A DNA stretch of 64,000 nucleotides from Lama glama. Its lineage: Eukaryota. The stretch is taken from contig CM052818.1 in NCBI GenBank assembly GCA_028534125.1, positions 44,580,001-44,644,000 on the forward strand, read 5' to 3'. Below the pieces are notes generated by a model that worked only from the letters and a program-made list of their open reading frames with translations, did not search any database and was not told the origin of the DNA. A program made the translations under genes and the position numbers. Of this stretch, positions 53,401 through 64,000 are shown piece by piece (position 1 is the first letter of the stretch; every line of letters starts with the position of its first letter).

Positions 53401-54429
53401 CTCAGCTAAACCCAGCCCCCGGGCAGCCAGGGCAGAGGGCGGAGACGAGGCACAGGGCTCTGGTCCGACAGAAGGACTTGCATCAATTCGTCACCATAGA
53501 CCACATTCCAACCACACACCCTGCGAGGAATGTATTTACGGTTCCTCACACAGGGGAGACAAGAACAGGAGATAGTGTTCGACCCCACTGGAGCCTCAGG
53601 CACAGGCTTCCTCGAGATCACTCACGTGGGATGGGTGTGACCTACTGGTGAGCATCTGCTCAGCTCACCACGCCAGGTGGCCCATCCCGTGCCTTTAAAC
53701 CAGCTCACCCACAGAACACACCACACCGCCCAGCTTCTGTCCCACAGCCAATACACACCAACCTCAGGCATTCCAGAGTAACTCACTCTGGCCGGATTCT
53801 CTGGCATCACCCTTTCCTACCAGCCGTCCCCTTCCCCATTCTTTTTCCATCCTGGTATTCTGGTCTTTGTCTCCTGTTTCCCTCTTGGGCCTAACTACAG
53901 AGCCATCTGTAAATTGCTTCTGGGGCCAACCGACATTCTGGTTCCTCCCTCCTGGAGCACATCCCACGCACACTGGGCAGTGCTGCGGACGATCAGACAG
54001 TAAGTGCCAGGAGTGGGGTCGGGGAGCCCCAGTGAAGACCAGACCAGGCCAAAGCTCGTCATCAAGTGATAAAGACCTGGGTGTGCTCCCTTTGTCACTT
54101 TGTTCATTTACCTGTTCCTTCAACAAAGGCCAAGCACGTGCTGTGTGCCAGGGACCATAATAATAACCACAATAAAAGGCAGTGTGCGCCAAGTGTACTC
54201 CAAACCCAAATGCAAAGAGAAGTTCCAAGTGATATTGGAATTTACACGCATTTCCTGCATGAGAGGTCAGCAAACTAGAGCTTTAGTCCTAACTCCATAT
54301 ATACATGCCTCCAAAACACACCTAGTGCTCTCTGGGGGGCTCAGTCTCCCCATCTGTCAAATGAGGGGTTGCACCAGATCTGGGGTTCTAAACCCAGTAT
54401 TTCAGGGACTGAAGTCGCATTTTTAGTCT

Positions 54430-55105
54430 AGACCTCTTTCCAGATTCCAGCCTCAACTATCCAACCCCAGAAGCTTCTCAGCTCCTTCATTGCAACCACC
54501 CTGGTGCCAACTACCTTCATCTCCCGGTAGGATTATTGCAACCAACTCCCAGCTGGTCCCCCTGCTTCTGCACTGCCCCACACGCCCCCATGACTTCCTG
54601 TCTCGCTCAGAGTCAAAGCAAATGGCTAGGATGTTCGGCCAGCCTCCACCCCTGCCTTGCTCTCTGACGTGAACTCCTACTCTTCCTCTTGTCTCAACTC
54701 CAACTACACTCTTTGTCTTGCTGTTTCTCAAATTTGCTGAGAGCCTTCAACTTCAGGGCCTGAACCCTGCTGAGCCCCCCGCACACTCCCTCACCTCCTT
54801 CAAGTTTTTGCTCAAACGTCCCCTTCTCAGAGAGACCTGCGCTGTCCTCTCCACTTAAAACCACATCATCCTCCCACCTTGTGCTCCCTTCACCCTCCCC
54901 TGGCTTTATTTTTCTCCGTCACCCACCCTCCACCGGGCACATGTTTTACTTTTTATTTGCTTATTCTTTTCTCCTCCAGGAATGTAAATTCCAGGAGGGC
55001 AGGGTTATTTGTCCTTGTTATCTGCTGCTTCATCTCCAGTGCCCAGAAGGATACCTGCCAAATGGTAGAAGCCTAATGAATATTTATTACTAGAATGAAT
55101 AAATG
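54430..55105 (+). mobile_element. L2 LINE fragment
   Basis: CTCCCTCACCTCCTTCAAGTTTTTGCTCAAACGTC, GAATGTAAATTCCAGGAGGGCAGGG, terminal GAATGAATAAATG. Confidence 0.8.
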
Positions 55106-55257
55106 CATAAAAGACAGTCACCTGTTATTATTTTTGTTCTGGGGAACATGGGTTATGACTGACATAGAGTTGTCAATTTTTTATCTTAAAAAAGAAGCAA
55201 GGAAGGAAGGAAGGAAAGTATCATCTACTATAATAATCATCTCATAATGTAAAGTGA

Positions 55258-55435
55258 GGGGGTAGGGTATAGGTCAGTGGTAGAGTGTATGCTTAGCATG
55301 CACCAGGTCCTGAGTTCGATCCCCAGTACTTCCATTAAAAACAAAACAAACAAACAAACAAAAAAACCCGCAAAACTTAATTGCCTCCCCCCAACTAAAC
55401 TAATACAAAAACTAACTAAATAAAAAAATTTTTTA
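55258..55435 (+). mobile_element. Camelid tRNA-Ala-derived SINE (Vic-1-like)
   Basis: GGGTATAGGTCAGTGGTAGAGTGTATGCTTAGCATGCACCAGGTCCTGAGTTCGATCCCCAGTACTTCCA with Pol III A/B boxes and an AGC anticodon loop, then an A-rich tail containing ACTTAATTGCCTCCCCCC. Confidence 0.85.
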
Positions 55436-56094
55436 TAAGTGGAAAATGCATTCTCTCAGGATAAATAGCAATCTTTCCCAAGAAAAAGTCACATCAACAC
55501 CTACACCACACAACGCTGTCCTGTTCTGTTTCTTCACTGTGCATCAGTGAAACCTTTGGCACCATCACCCGCTCATCCACAACACCTCCCGGCGCTCAAG
55601 CTCTGCGTCATGAGGGTTCTTCCTTGAAAAAAAAGACAAGACGGCCACGTGCCCCTGGCTGGCCCTTGCTCCCCAGATGCACCTGCTCATGTCCAGATCA
55701 CTCTTGGTGCTGGAAAAGGGTGGGGTCCCAGCTCTAGAAACCGGCTCGGATCCAGGCCACCCCTCGGATTAGTGAGAGCCAGTGTGACACCTCCACGTGG
55801 TTCACAAACTTTACAGTTCACGCTGAATTTTCAGTGAATTTATACTTTTTCCACAGCTCCTTTGACTACATTTTTCATGCAGCTGCTAAGAGAAAAACAA
55901 AATAAGACCCTATAAACGTCGCCTCACTTACCCTGACAATAAACTGGCAAAGGCAATATATTAGCCCCCATTGGAAGGATGAAGAACCCGAGGAGCAGAG
56001 AGGCCAAGAGTAACCTCGTGGAGGTAGGGGGAGTGATGGGTAGCTCAGGTGCAGGGTACACCCTACCCCCGCCTTCTTTCCCCTACAGAGCCCA

Positions 56095-56182
56095 GGGGCG
56101 AGAGAGGCGGGGCGAGAGGCGGGGCGAGAGGCGGGGCGAGAGGCGGGGCGAGAGGCGGGGCGAGAGGCGGGGCGAGAGGCGG
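56095..56182. repeat. 12-bp tandem repeat (GGGGCGAGAGGC), 7 units
   Basis: Six perfect units at 56109-56180, preceded by one 14-bp variant. Confidence 0.97.
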
Positions 56183-56375
56183 AAGTGCACGCCCGTGACT
56201 CTCCAAATAGAGAGCTGGTACAGACCTCTTGTTTTCTCCTTCCTCCTTCTCAGCCCCCTTGTCCCAGCCCTCAAGTTCAGCTCCAGGCCCATGGCCAACA
56301 TAACTGATTTTCTGAGCAGCCTCACTCCAAGGGCTTCGACCTCTGGACCCAGCAGTGCGCAGGCCCAGACCTCAC

Positions 56376-56387
56376 CGTTGGAAGCAT
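56376..56387 (-). CDS. Candidate alternative coding first exon end (ATG CTT CCA ACG = MLPT)
   Basis: gctATG, 4 codons, then donor ACG|GTGAGG in phase 0, compatible with the 57-nt exon. Lies in a locally CpG-enriched patch. Confidence 0.35.
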
Positions 56388-56903
56388 AGCTAGCCCGCCC
56401 AGCTCTCTGCCGCGTAATTTGGCATTTTAAAACAGGAGGACACCAAATTGGACACGATGCATGTTACTGGGTATATGTCGTCTCACGTAGCTCTTGGCTC
56501 GCTGGCTGTCCTTTCCATTCGGGACCGTGTGTAGCCCCACAGGGCCGCGAGCAGGCGGAGCGGATACCTGCAACTGTCCGGAGCCCCACAGTCTTTGACT
56601 CACATAACTCATCTGAGCCTCTTAGCACCAGGCAGAGAAACTGAGTCTCTCGGAGAAGTGACCTTGTCCAAGTTCAGACACCTAGTCATTTGGAAAGCTC
56701 TGCCTGCAGCCCTGGTTTCGAGACCCTGGGTCTACATGTCTAGGGCACCTCAGCATTTTGCTTCTCAATAGCACATATACATGTGCAAAAAAAAAATTGT
56801 TGGCAAAGAGGGGAGCCCTCATTATATACATACTTTTAATTTAAATGCGTTCAGTTATGTATATTCTTGGAAAAATACAGAGAGAGAGAATAAAAATAAT
56901 AAT

Positions 56904-57137
56904 GGAGGGATAAATTAGGAGTTTGGGATTAACAGACACACACTACTAGATATAAAATAGATAAATAAGAAGGACCTGTTGTATAGCACAGGGAACTATA
57001 TTCTATTTCTTGTAATAAGCTATAATGGAAAAGAATTTGAAAAAAAAATGTATGTATATGTATAACTGAATCACTTTGCTGTACACCTGAAAATAATATT
57101 GTAAATCAACTACACTTCAATAAAAAAAATAAAAATT
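56904..57137 (+). mobile_element. Cetartiodactyl-type L1 3'UTR fragment with a 13-bp TSD
   Basis: GGGATAAATTAGGAGTTTGGGATTAACAG...TATAGCACAGGGAACTATATTC...GTAAATCAACTACACTTCAATAAAAA. TAAAAATAATAAT occurs at 56891-56903 and 57138-57150. Confidence 0.88.
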
Positions 57138-60100
57138 TAAAAATAATAATAATTTCAGCCGTGCATGGCAATTTCCTTTGCTGTTTTCTGGAGAGTAATC
57201 CCAGAGAGATCTGGGGAGACCAGATGTAGATCTGCTGTTTCGTCGCTGCCTCACCTCCCAGGAGGAACTTTGAGGTGAACATCTCACATCATGCGAGTAC
57301 AGTGTTCCAGGAGAGAGGTCACAACCTGCCAAAAAGGCCAGTCGTGCGAGGCTTAACGGAAGGAATGGAAATCCGCTCTAAGGCTGTGGGAAACCGAACC
57401 TATGTTGGATTTAATAAGAGCCAACACTCGTTACGTGCATACTAAGTGCTTTATGGCTTTGACTCATTGAGTCCTCACAAAATCCCTTTTGCAGACAAGG
57501 AAATGAATCTACAAAAGGTCAATCATCAGCTAGCAAGCGGGAGAGCTGGGCCTTGAGCCCCAACAGAGAATCTATTTCATCTAGTCCCTTAGTGTTACTG
57601 CTAACATGCCAAGGAATGGAGTCTGCAGGGACTGGCATCCTCAGGGAATTTGACCACACACAATTTCTGCCTCTTGCACTAATGTTAGATTCTAATCTTT
57701 GCGTGAACACATGGCTACTATACAAAGTCCTGCACCCCTGCTCTAGCCCTGACTGGAGGGGTGGGGAGATGACTCGGATCTCTAAGTGTCAGCGAGAAAA
57801 GACCTCTGGGAACCAGCTGTGGGTGAGGGGATGGCTCCGTAGCCTTACAGGTGTGTGCCAGGTAGAGGGACTGTCCCATTCCAGAGCAAAAGGGGGTGCT
57901 GCAAATAATTACATCAAGACGATAGGTGTAACCCTGACCGACCCAGGCAAAAGCAGCTGTGTTGGGTGCTGCGGGTGACATCAAGACGGAGACACCCTTG
58001 CAGCCCTTGGGAGCTCACAGCTCAACGGGATAGAAGAGGCTGTAAATAAGAACTAGAACAGGCAGCGAGGGAGGGTGCTATCTAGAGTCAATGTTTAAAA
58101 GTATTGTTCCCCCCCCCCCCGGTGAATTTCATAAAGGGAAACGAGATCGAAACCCACAGAACATGAAGCAAAGAAAATTAAGATGTTACTTAACACGAGG
58201 ATGGGGGCCCCCAACCTCAAACAGTAAGTGACATTTTACAGAGATGGTGGTGTTTGAACTGCGCCTTAAAGGATGAGTAGGACGGTGATTAGCTGAGAAA
58301 GAAGGAAGAGCATCTGCCTCTGTGCAAGATGCAAAATGTATTCCAACAACAGTTTGCTGCAAGGAGTTCAATCACAAACAAATGTAACGGTGAGGAATGA
58401 AAGCAGGACTGGGTAATCACTGACCTTGCACCATTGAGCCTCCGTGTTCATCTAACTCTTTGTCCCTAGTAGAAGTCCCACTGGGAGCACGGTTATGTTC
58501 CGAGGGTGTGGTGGTTTTCCTATTTGTAGTGGCAGAGTGCTGTCTCTAGGGGGAGCTCCAGGCCTCCCTCAGACTTCCCCGGGTGGGGGGGGGGGCTTGC
58601 GGTGGGGGAGTGGTGCTGGATGGTTGGATGGGCCCACGAAGCTGAGAGGAGGAGCTAAAAGGCCAAAAGCTCTGCTTCCCACAGAGGGAGGGCCTGTGGC
58701 GGTTGCTTCCTAGTTTTTCTCTCTGCCCCTCCCCCACCCACACACCTACAGGGCTGTTGGTTTCAGGCCGACCCCAGGCAGTAGCCTCTCGGGAGCCCTC
58801 CCTGGACCAGGTGAGCAAACAGGTATTTCAAGTCAGCTGTGGCTCTGTGGAAAATGGACGCCTTTCCTTGAGGCTGTCCTTCTATGCCCCGACTATGGTC
58901 AGGGGTACGGGCCCCAGGGGTCCCTGAAGAAAAGTATCTAGGCGGGTGTCGTCTGGCTCCCGTCCAGTCCTCTGGTCAGCAATGCCAAAGGAATTTAGGT
59001 GGCAAACATCTGTTCTGGGCAGTTGGGGCCCAAATTGCAGCCCCTGCATGAGTCTACAGGGGCTGGAGGTGGCGGGATGAGTCTGGGGTCCTGATGGTCA
59101 CCTCCCTGGAGACCCAGCTAACATGACAAGCTCAGTGCCTCTGAAGAAAGAGAACACAGCCAAGCGAAGGAAGGTGAGGCCAGCTTTTGAGAGGCCTTGA
59201 ATGCCGAGCGAAAATGTCTGGACGGCTCACTCAGAATTCTCCACATCGGGGGACACAGAGGTCTATATTTGTACATTTCTTCCTTACAGTGCTAAGACCA
59301 AAGGTCCAAGTGTGAGTGATTTAATTTCTCTTCACTATGATGTTTACAGTCCAACCTGTAACAAGCTATCTTTTTTTTTTCAGTTTTAGTCCTATTATTA
59401 ATAATAATTACTATTTACCAAGCACCTATAAGTATTATATTATTACGCCCCATTTTACAGATGCGAAAACTAAGGCCCCAGTTCATCAAAACTTGTAACT
59501 GGTAAAACTAGGTCTTGAGCCCAGGCCCCACGGCCCCTGCCCCGCACCCTCGGATTCACATTGGGTCCCACATATTTGGCCCGTGACTGCTGGCTCTCAA
59601 TTCACAGGCTGAGTGCGTGACCAAAATGAATGTCACCGTGCCCGCCCAACTAAGGAGAAATAAAATCCCAAATGGCCCGAGGAACAAATCCTGCAGACTT
59701 AGCTTTGGGGAACGCCCTGTACTCTCAAAGCCCAGCCTTCTTTTAGGTTGAACCCTTGACCTAGAAGTTTCCGCCCCCATGTGCTCTGTTTATTGAAATC
59801 CTACCCTTCTCCAAGGCCTGGCTCCAATGCCAGCTTCTCAGAGACTCCCTCCCTGGCCTTGCCAGTAGGAATTCCTCCTCATCTATGTCCTGTGAATGTG
59901 GCACCTGGCTGGGTGCAGGCTCACCCACTCATATTCTGACGTGACCTCCTGCAGGCAGGAACCAAGTCTCACTGTCTCACCCATCTCTGCACCCCATGGG
60001 GCTCTGCACACACTCAGGGCCCGGGGACCAAGCTCACAGCCTCTGGGAATGGTGGTGGCCAATGCTGCAGGGAGCTGGTGCCAACTTAACAGGTGCCTCC

Positions 60101-62561
60101 AAGGGCTCACGATGTGCCAGCTGCCCTTTTCCAGCCCCAGGCGTGAAAGTCCCCCACGATGGGTGAGCCACTTTTACCCTTCCCAGAAGCAGCCGGCCCA
60201 GCCCGGGCTCCCAGCCACGGCAGCTGCAGTTCCTGCCTCTTCCGTCCTGCGTGGCCAGCTCCCTTGCAGCGTCCTCCTCAGCTTTCCTGCATGGCAGTCG
60301 GTCCATCTGGGCGTCTGCCTCAGTTTCCTGCCTTGTGTTCCAGTCCTGCTTTGCAGATGCCCGACTCTGGACCTGGCCCTCCTCTGTTCTTCAAGGACTA
60401 GACTCAGCCCCCGGCAGCGGAAGGAGGCCAGCTCCCTCACTGGAGCCTGATTAGGCTCCTGGAATCCCTGCCCTGCAGCCACCCTTCAGCACAGCAGATC
60501 AGATTCTTCCAGACGTGGGCACAAGCCTGAGTCATGCCCAAGTTCCTGGGCCCCTTCAGACTCTGTGCCCGGGGGTGGACACCCAGCACGAGCCAGCGTG
60601 GCGGCGCCAGAGCCCAGTAACCCCCCTCCCCACTGCCCATCCCCTCTCCTGCCAGGGACCCTGCCTCCCCCAGGGAGGAGAGTCACAGGCGCCATGCAGT
60701 GGGGTATCCAGGCCACAGTGGGACAGCAGAGGGGCCTTTGAGGATTTTGGAATCAAGCACACAGGGCAGTGTAGGGTTGAAATGAAAAGGGACCAGAGGA
60801 TTTGAAATTCTTTCTGTGGGGCTTGATTATAATGAGCCTTCAGCGAAATAAAGCATGATCTCTGTTTACAAAGTTCCCAGGCTCCCAAGCAGTGGGATGA
60901 TTGGCGTTTTTCTATCTTATTTCCACTTTGCTGTAGAGTCTAGGTCTTCCATAATAAACACGCTTTTATAATCAGGAAAAATAATGAATAATCCAAAAAT
61001 ATATGCAGGAAACAGATATTGCCAGTGATTCCTCGGATGACAGCATCAGCAGGGTGCCTGGGGTGACAGACGGGCTAGCCTGGCATCCTGTCTCCAGATC
61101 CTCCACCGGCCTCCCAAGCCATGGTGGGCAAGTCCCAACTTCAAAGCCTCAGTTTCCTCGGCTGTCACACGGGAATGACAGTGTCGCCTGGGCTGTACAA
61201 GAGAGATGCCACGAGGATAAGACGGGCATCCCAGGGCCGCGGAGATTCAGTCCCTGTAGTGGACGTGGGAGAGCTTTAGGAGTGCCCAGCGCTGCCTACT
61301 CAGGAGAGGAGGAGCGTTTCTCAGTCAGCTCAGGGCTGCTCTGTTTAAGAGAGACATTCCAGGAGTGGAAACAAGACACAGCTCTCTTAATCCCCAATGA
61401 ACCACAAAACCATCTGTTTAATCAGGGTGGGGGTACCGTTGATCGGCACAGCACTGCTGAGGGAGGTCCCATTCCTGCCCTCAGCCTGTAGTCGGAGGCT
61501 CATTGATGAGCCTCTTCTGCATCTGTCCACTCAGGAAATACCCATCCAAAGTGCCTAGCGGCCAATGATGGCAGAGGCGGGAGCAGAATCCAGACGCCCC
61601 TTCTCTCTCCTCCACTGCATTTCAGCCTGAGCCCCACCTGCATTTCAGCCTGAGCGCCAACAAGAAACAACAGCAAGGTCTCTTGCCCCTGTGAGGAAAG
61701 GAGCCTGGGGGCGGACGTAACTGAAGTGATAGGTGATAGGTGCCTCGGGGAACCAGCAGCCAGGAGGCTGTGTCTGCCCCGTGTGTGCCACATCCTTCAC
61801 CCTCTTCCCAAAGGATGCTCCCTCTCTCTGCTTCCGGGGCACGTGGTCCCTCCAGTGCCAGCCCAGCCTCTGCAGCTGAGGACCAGAGGAGGAACATCAG
61901 ATGTGTCCCAGACACCATCTGGGGTGGGGTTTAACACATTATCTTCACTGCAGCCGAACCCCAGCCTTTGGAAGAAAGAGTGAGCCTCGAATTCTAGCCC
62001 AGGCTCCACCCTCGGTACCCAATTCTACTTGGAATTATCTGAACACCTTCTACTCTTGCTCTGAGGCTTGAAGTGAAAATAACTACTATTGAACAAAGCC
62101 CTGGCATCCAGGATGAGACTTAAGAAAGAAAGGACGGTGTAGCCACTGGTTCTGGAGTCCAGTGGAGGCTGCAGCACACACATCACAGTCTCTGAGACAA
62201 ATGACCGTGTTGATCCAGTAACTTCAACATTCGGAGCCTCCCCTCCTCACCCGCGTGCAGACACAAAAGAGCAAGGATCCCCAGCACTGTGCCTGGCAAG
62301 CAGGCGCCCTCAAATAACCCTGCTCCCCGTCTCGAGGATTAAAGCAATCACCGTTACTTTCCACCCATGGCAAGGAAAAAAGCCTTACTTCCTGAATAAG
62401 TCCTAAACCCTCTTCTATAAATGCAGCCTCCATAACCGGAGCCCCCGGGGAGCAGCTGGTCCCATCGCTTATTTGGAGAAGTGTGAAGGCACAAATCCTC
62501 AAGGACCTGAGGGACCTCAGCTGGGGTGGCGATTTGCAAGTGGCCACAGCCTGACCCTTAC

Positions 62562-62642
62562 CCATGACCAAGGTGAATCCGGGCGGCTCTTGTCCTGTGG
62601 GGGTTCCCAGGTGGAGCCGCAGGCGTGGTCCTGTTCCTCCAT
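62562..62642 (-). CDS. LPIN1: LPIN1 distal first exon, coding part (MEEQDHACGSTWEPPQDKSRPDSPWSW), N-terminally extended isoform
   Basis: ATG in good Kozak context (gctATGG), 81 nt = 27 codons, ending at donor TGG|GTAAGG (phase 0). Aligns without gaps to the recalled human extension MGEQDGIRSSSWETSQGKSSPDSAWSW. Confidence 0.9.
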
Positions 62643-64000
62643 AGCCAGCCAAGGGATGCCGGCCGCCTCCTCCCTGGCGCTGGGAGAGCAGGGTCCTACA
62701 GCAGTTAATTTCACCCTCACCGGAGCTGGGAGGCTGGGCCGGCGACACTGAGCCTGGAGCAGGCGGCTTCTCTTTACACCCAGGAGCCCAGCCAAGTCAC
62801 AAGGCTCAGGCAAAGAGCAGAGTGTTGAATTGCAAATCCTCTCCCACCTGGGACTGGCTAACAAAACAACACCTCCTGTTCCCTGAAGGATGTAGAAATT
62901 TCCCCCAGATGCCAGTCTCTCTAAACTTTGTGAGAGGAACACCCTGGTGAGGGGGCGTGACCCTGGCTGGCTGACTGCTGGCCATTCTGGTCTCACCAGC
63001 CCAGAGGAATTTGTAAGACTCAGAGATTGACTAACTGCCCCCAAGATCACAGAGCAACAAAGGACAGAACTGGGATTCAAATCCACCGAGGGCTGTCACC
63101 AGAGGGGATTTGAGAGATCACCGCGTGTGCTGGGTGCAGGGAACCTTGCAAAAAAGGCTGTGTGGACTGTAGTCAGTTCACTTTCTGTTCCATCAGTGTT
63201 CCCACAAAAGCTATGGGAATCCTTTCTCTCTGTGCCTAGGCACCCCCCGAGGAGTCAGAAGGCTGGGTTCGGTGGCCTCCCTTCCCCAGGGAGCCACATC
63301 GTCATCTCTGCAAGCTCAGCAGCAGCATCGTGATGCCTCGCTGGATCTGAATGCTCTCCACACACCGGGCAGCCAGGCATTCAAGCTGCTTTCTGGTACA
63401 TATTCTGCCAGCAACCCTATAAGTTTACAGAAGTACAGTAGGAGCTGAAGAACTGGTCTTGGGTCATGAAGCGGGAAATGACCGAGCAGGGCCAGGTTGG
63501 CTCCAACACGGTACTTGAAATGTGGTTCTCATCCTACCAGGAGCTGTGGATTCATGGCGATGGGGCCAAGCTCAGAGGAGGGCAGGTTTAGAGGGCCCTG
63601 CGGCAGGCGGGGAGGGAGGGCACATAACTGGGGTGGTTTCTGGGCGAGGCCGGGGGTCACAGGGTGCGCTGCAGGGGTGGGTGTAGAGGTTTCGCTCTAG
63701 TTTGACAGGGACCGAGGGAGACAGCTTCCCTGACACTTAGCCCAGAGGAACCTGTCGCCGCCTCGATGCCCAGAGCTGCTGCTGCTCCTCGTGTCCTCCT
63801 GCGATGCTAAGACCAACTGCCTCCTGACGTCCCTCAACTCTACTCCACACCCTGAGACGTGCCGTCCCTGGCCCTCCAGCTCCCCCCCAGCCAGGCCTGG
63901 CTGGTCCACCCTCTTCACTCCTCTTCCTCCTTCCCTCTTGAGGGGGGTCCCTGATCAGGAATCCATCAGGGGCTATGGTGGGAGTGAGGTGGACAAATAC

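Larger units (their letters stand above)
1..62750 (-). other. LPIN1: 5' portion of the LPIN1 transcription unit (alternative first exons and introns); main coding exons lie beyond the left edge
   Basis: Three separate minus-strand exons match human LPIN1 5' sequences as I recall them, in the right order and with canonical splice sites. The distal TSS position is approximate. Confidence 0.93.

Noticed and set aside
55262..55336. Possible tRNA-Ala(AGC) gene
   Set aside because: Stem mismatches and the SINE-specific A-rich tail indicate a tRNA-derived SINE.
55979..56389. ORF with (GERR)n repeats
   Set aside because: Translation artefact of the 12-bp VNTR.
62517..63086. 189-aa minus-strand ORF as a whole
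   Set aside because: Only 62562-62642 is supported as coding. The ORF starts at a non-ATG codon in MIR-like sequence and runs through the donor.
63100..64000. Neighbouring NTSR2 gene expected upstream of LPIN1 by human synteny
   Set aside because: No NTSR2 coding sequence recognised in the window; it probably lies beyond the right edge.

Overview
Mammalian genomic DNA, most likely a camelid, judged from a Vic-1-like tRNA-Ala-derived SINE and camelid-type L1 3' ends. The window holds the 5' regulatory region of LPIN1 (lipin-1) on the minus strand. It contains a distal coding first exon (62562-62642, MEEQDHACGSTWEPPQDKSRPDSPWSW), a 57-nt phase-0 coding exon (30876-30932, IPMMRDPGWIRNVWSSNIN), a probable intermediate promoter and first exon (~20935-21160), and the CpG-island promoter with its non-coding first exon (donor after 14462). 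The gene call rests on my recollection of human LPIN1 sequences, not on a search. I did not find the exon carrying the canonical MNYVGQ start; it should lie left of base 1. The rest is intronic sequence with L1, L2, MIR, LTR and DNA-transposon relics, and nearly all ORFs in the supplied track are noise. I see no wholly new biological system. The best leads are a candidate fourth promoter and first exon (MLPT, phase 0, ~56.4 kb) beside a GC-box VNTR, a Trp-rich N-terminal extension with a splice-junction LIR-like motif, an unidentified 3'UTR-like retrocopy, a young sense-oriented L1 tail in intron 1, and several nuclear-receptor and SREBP motif clusters.
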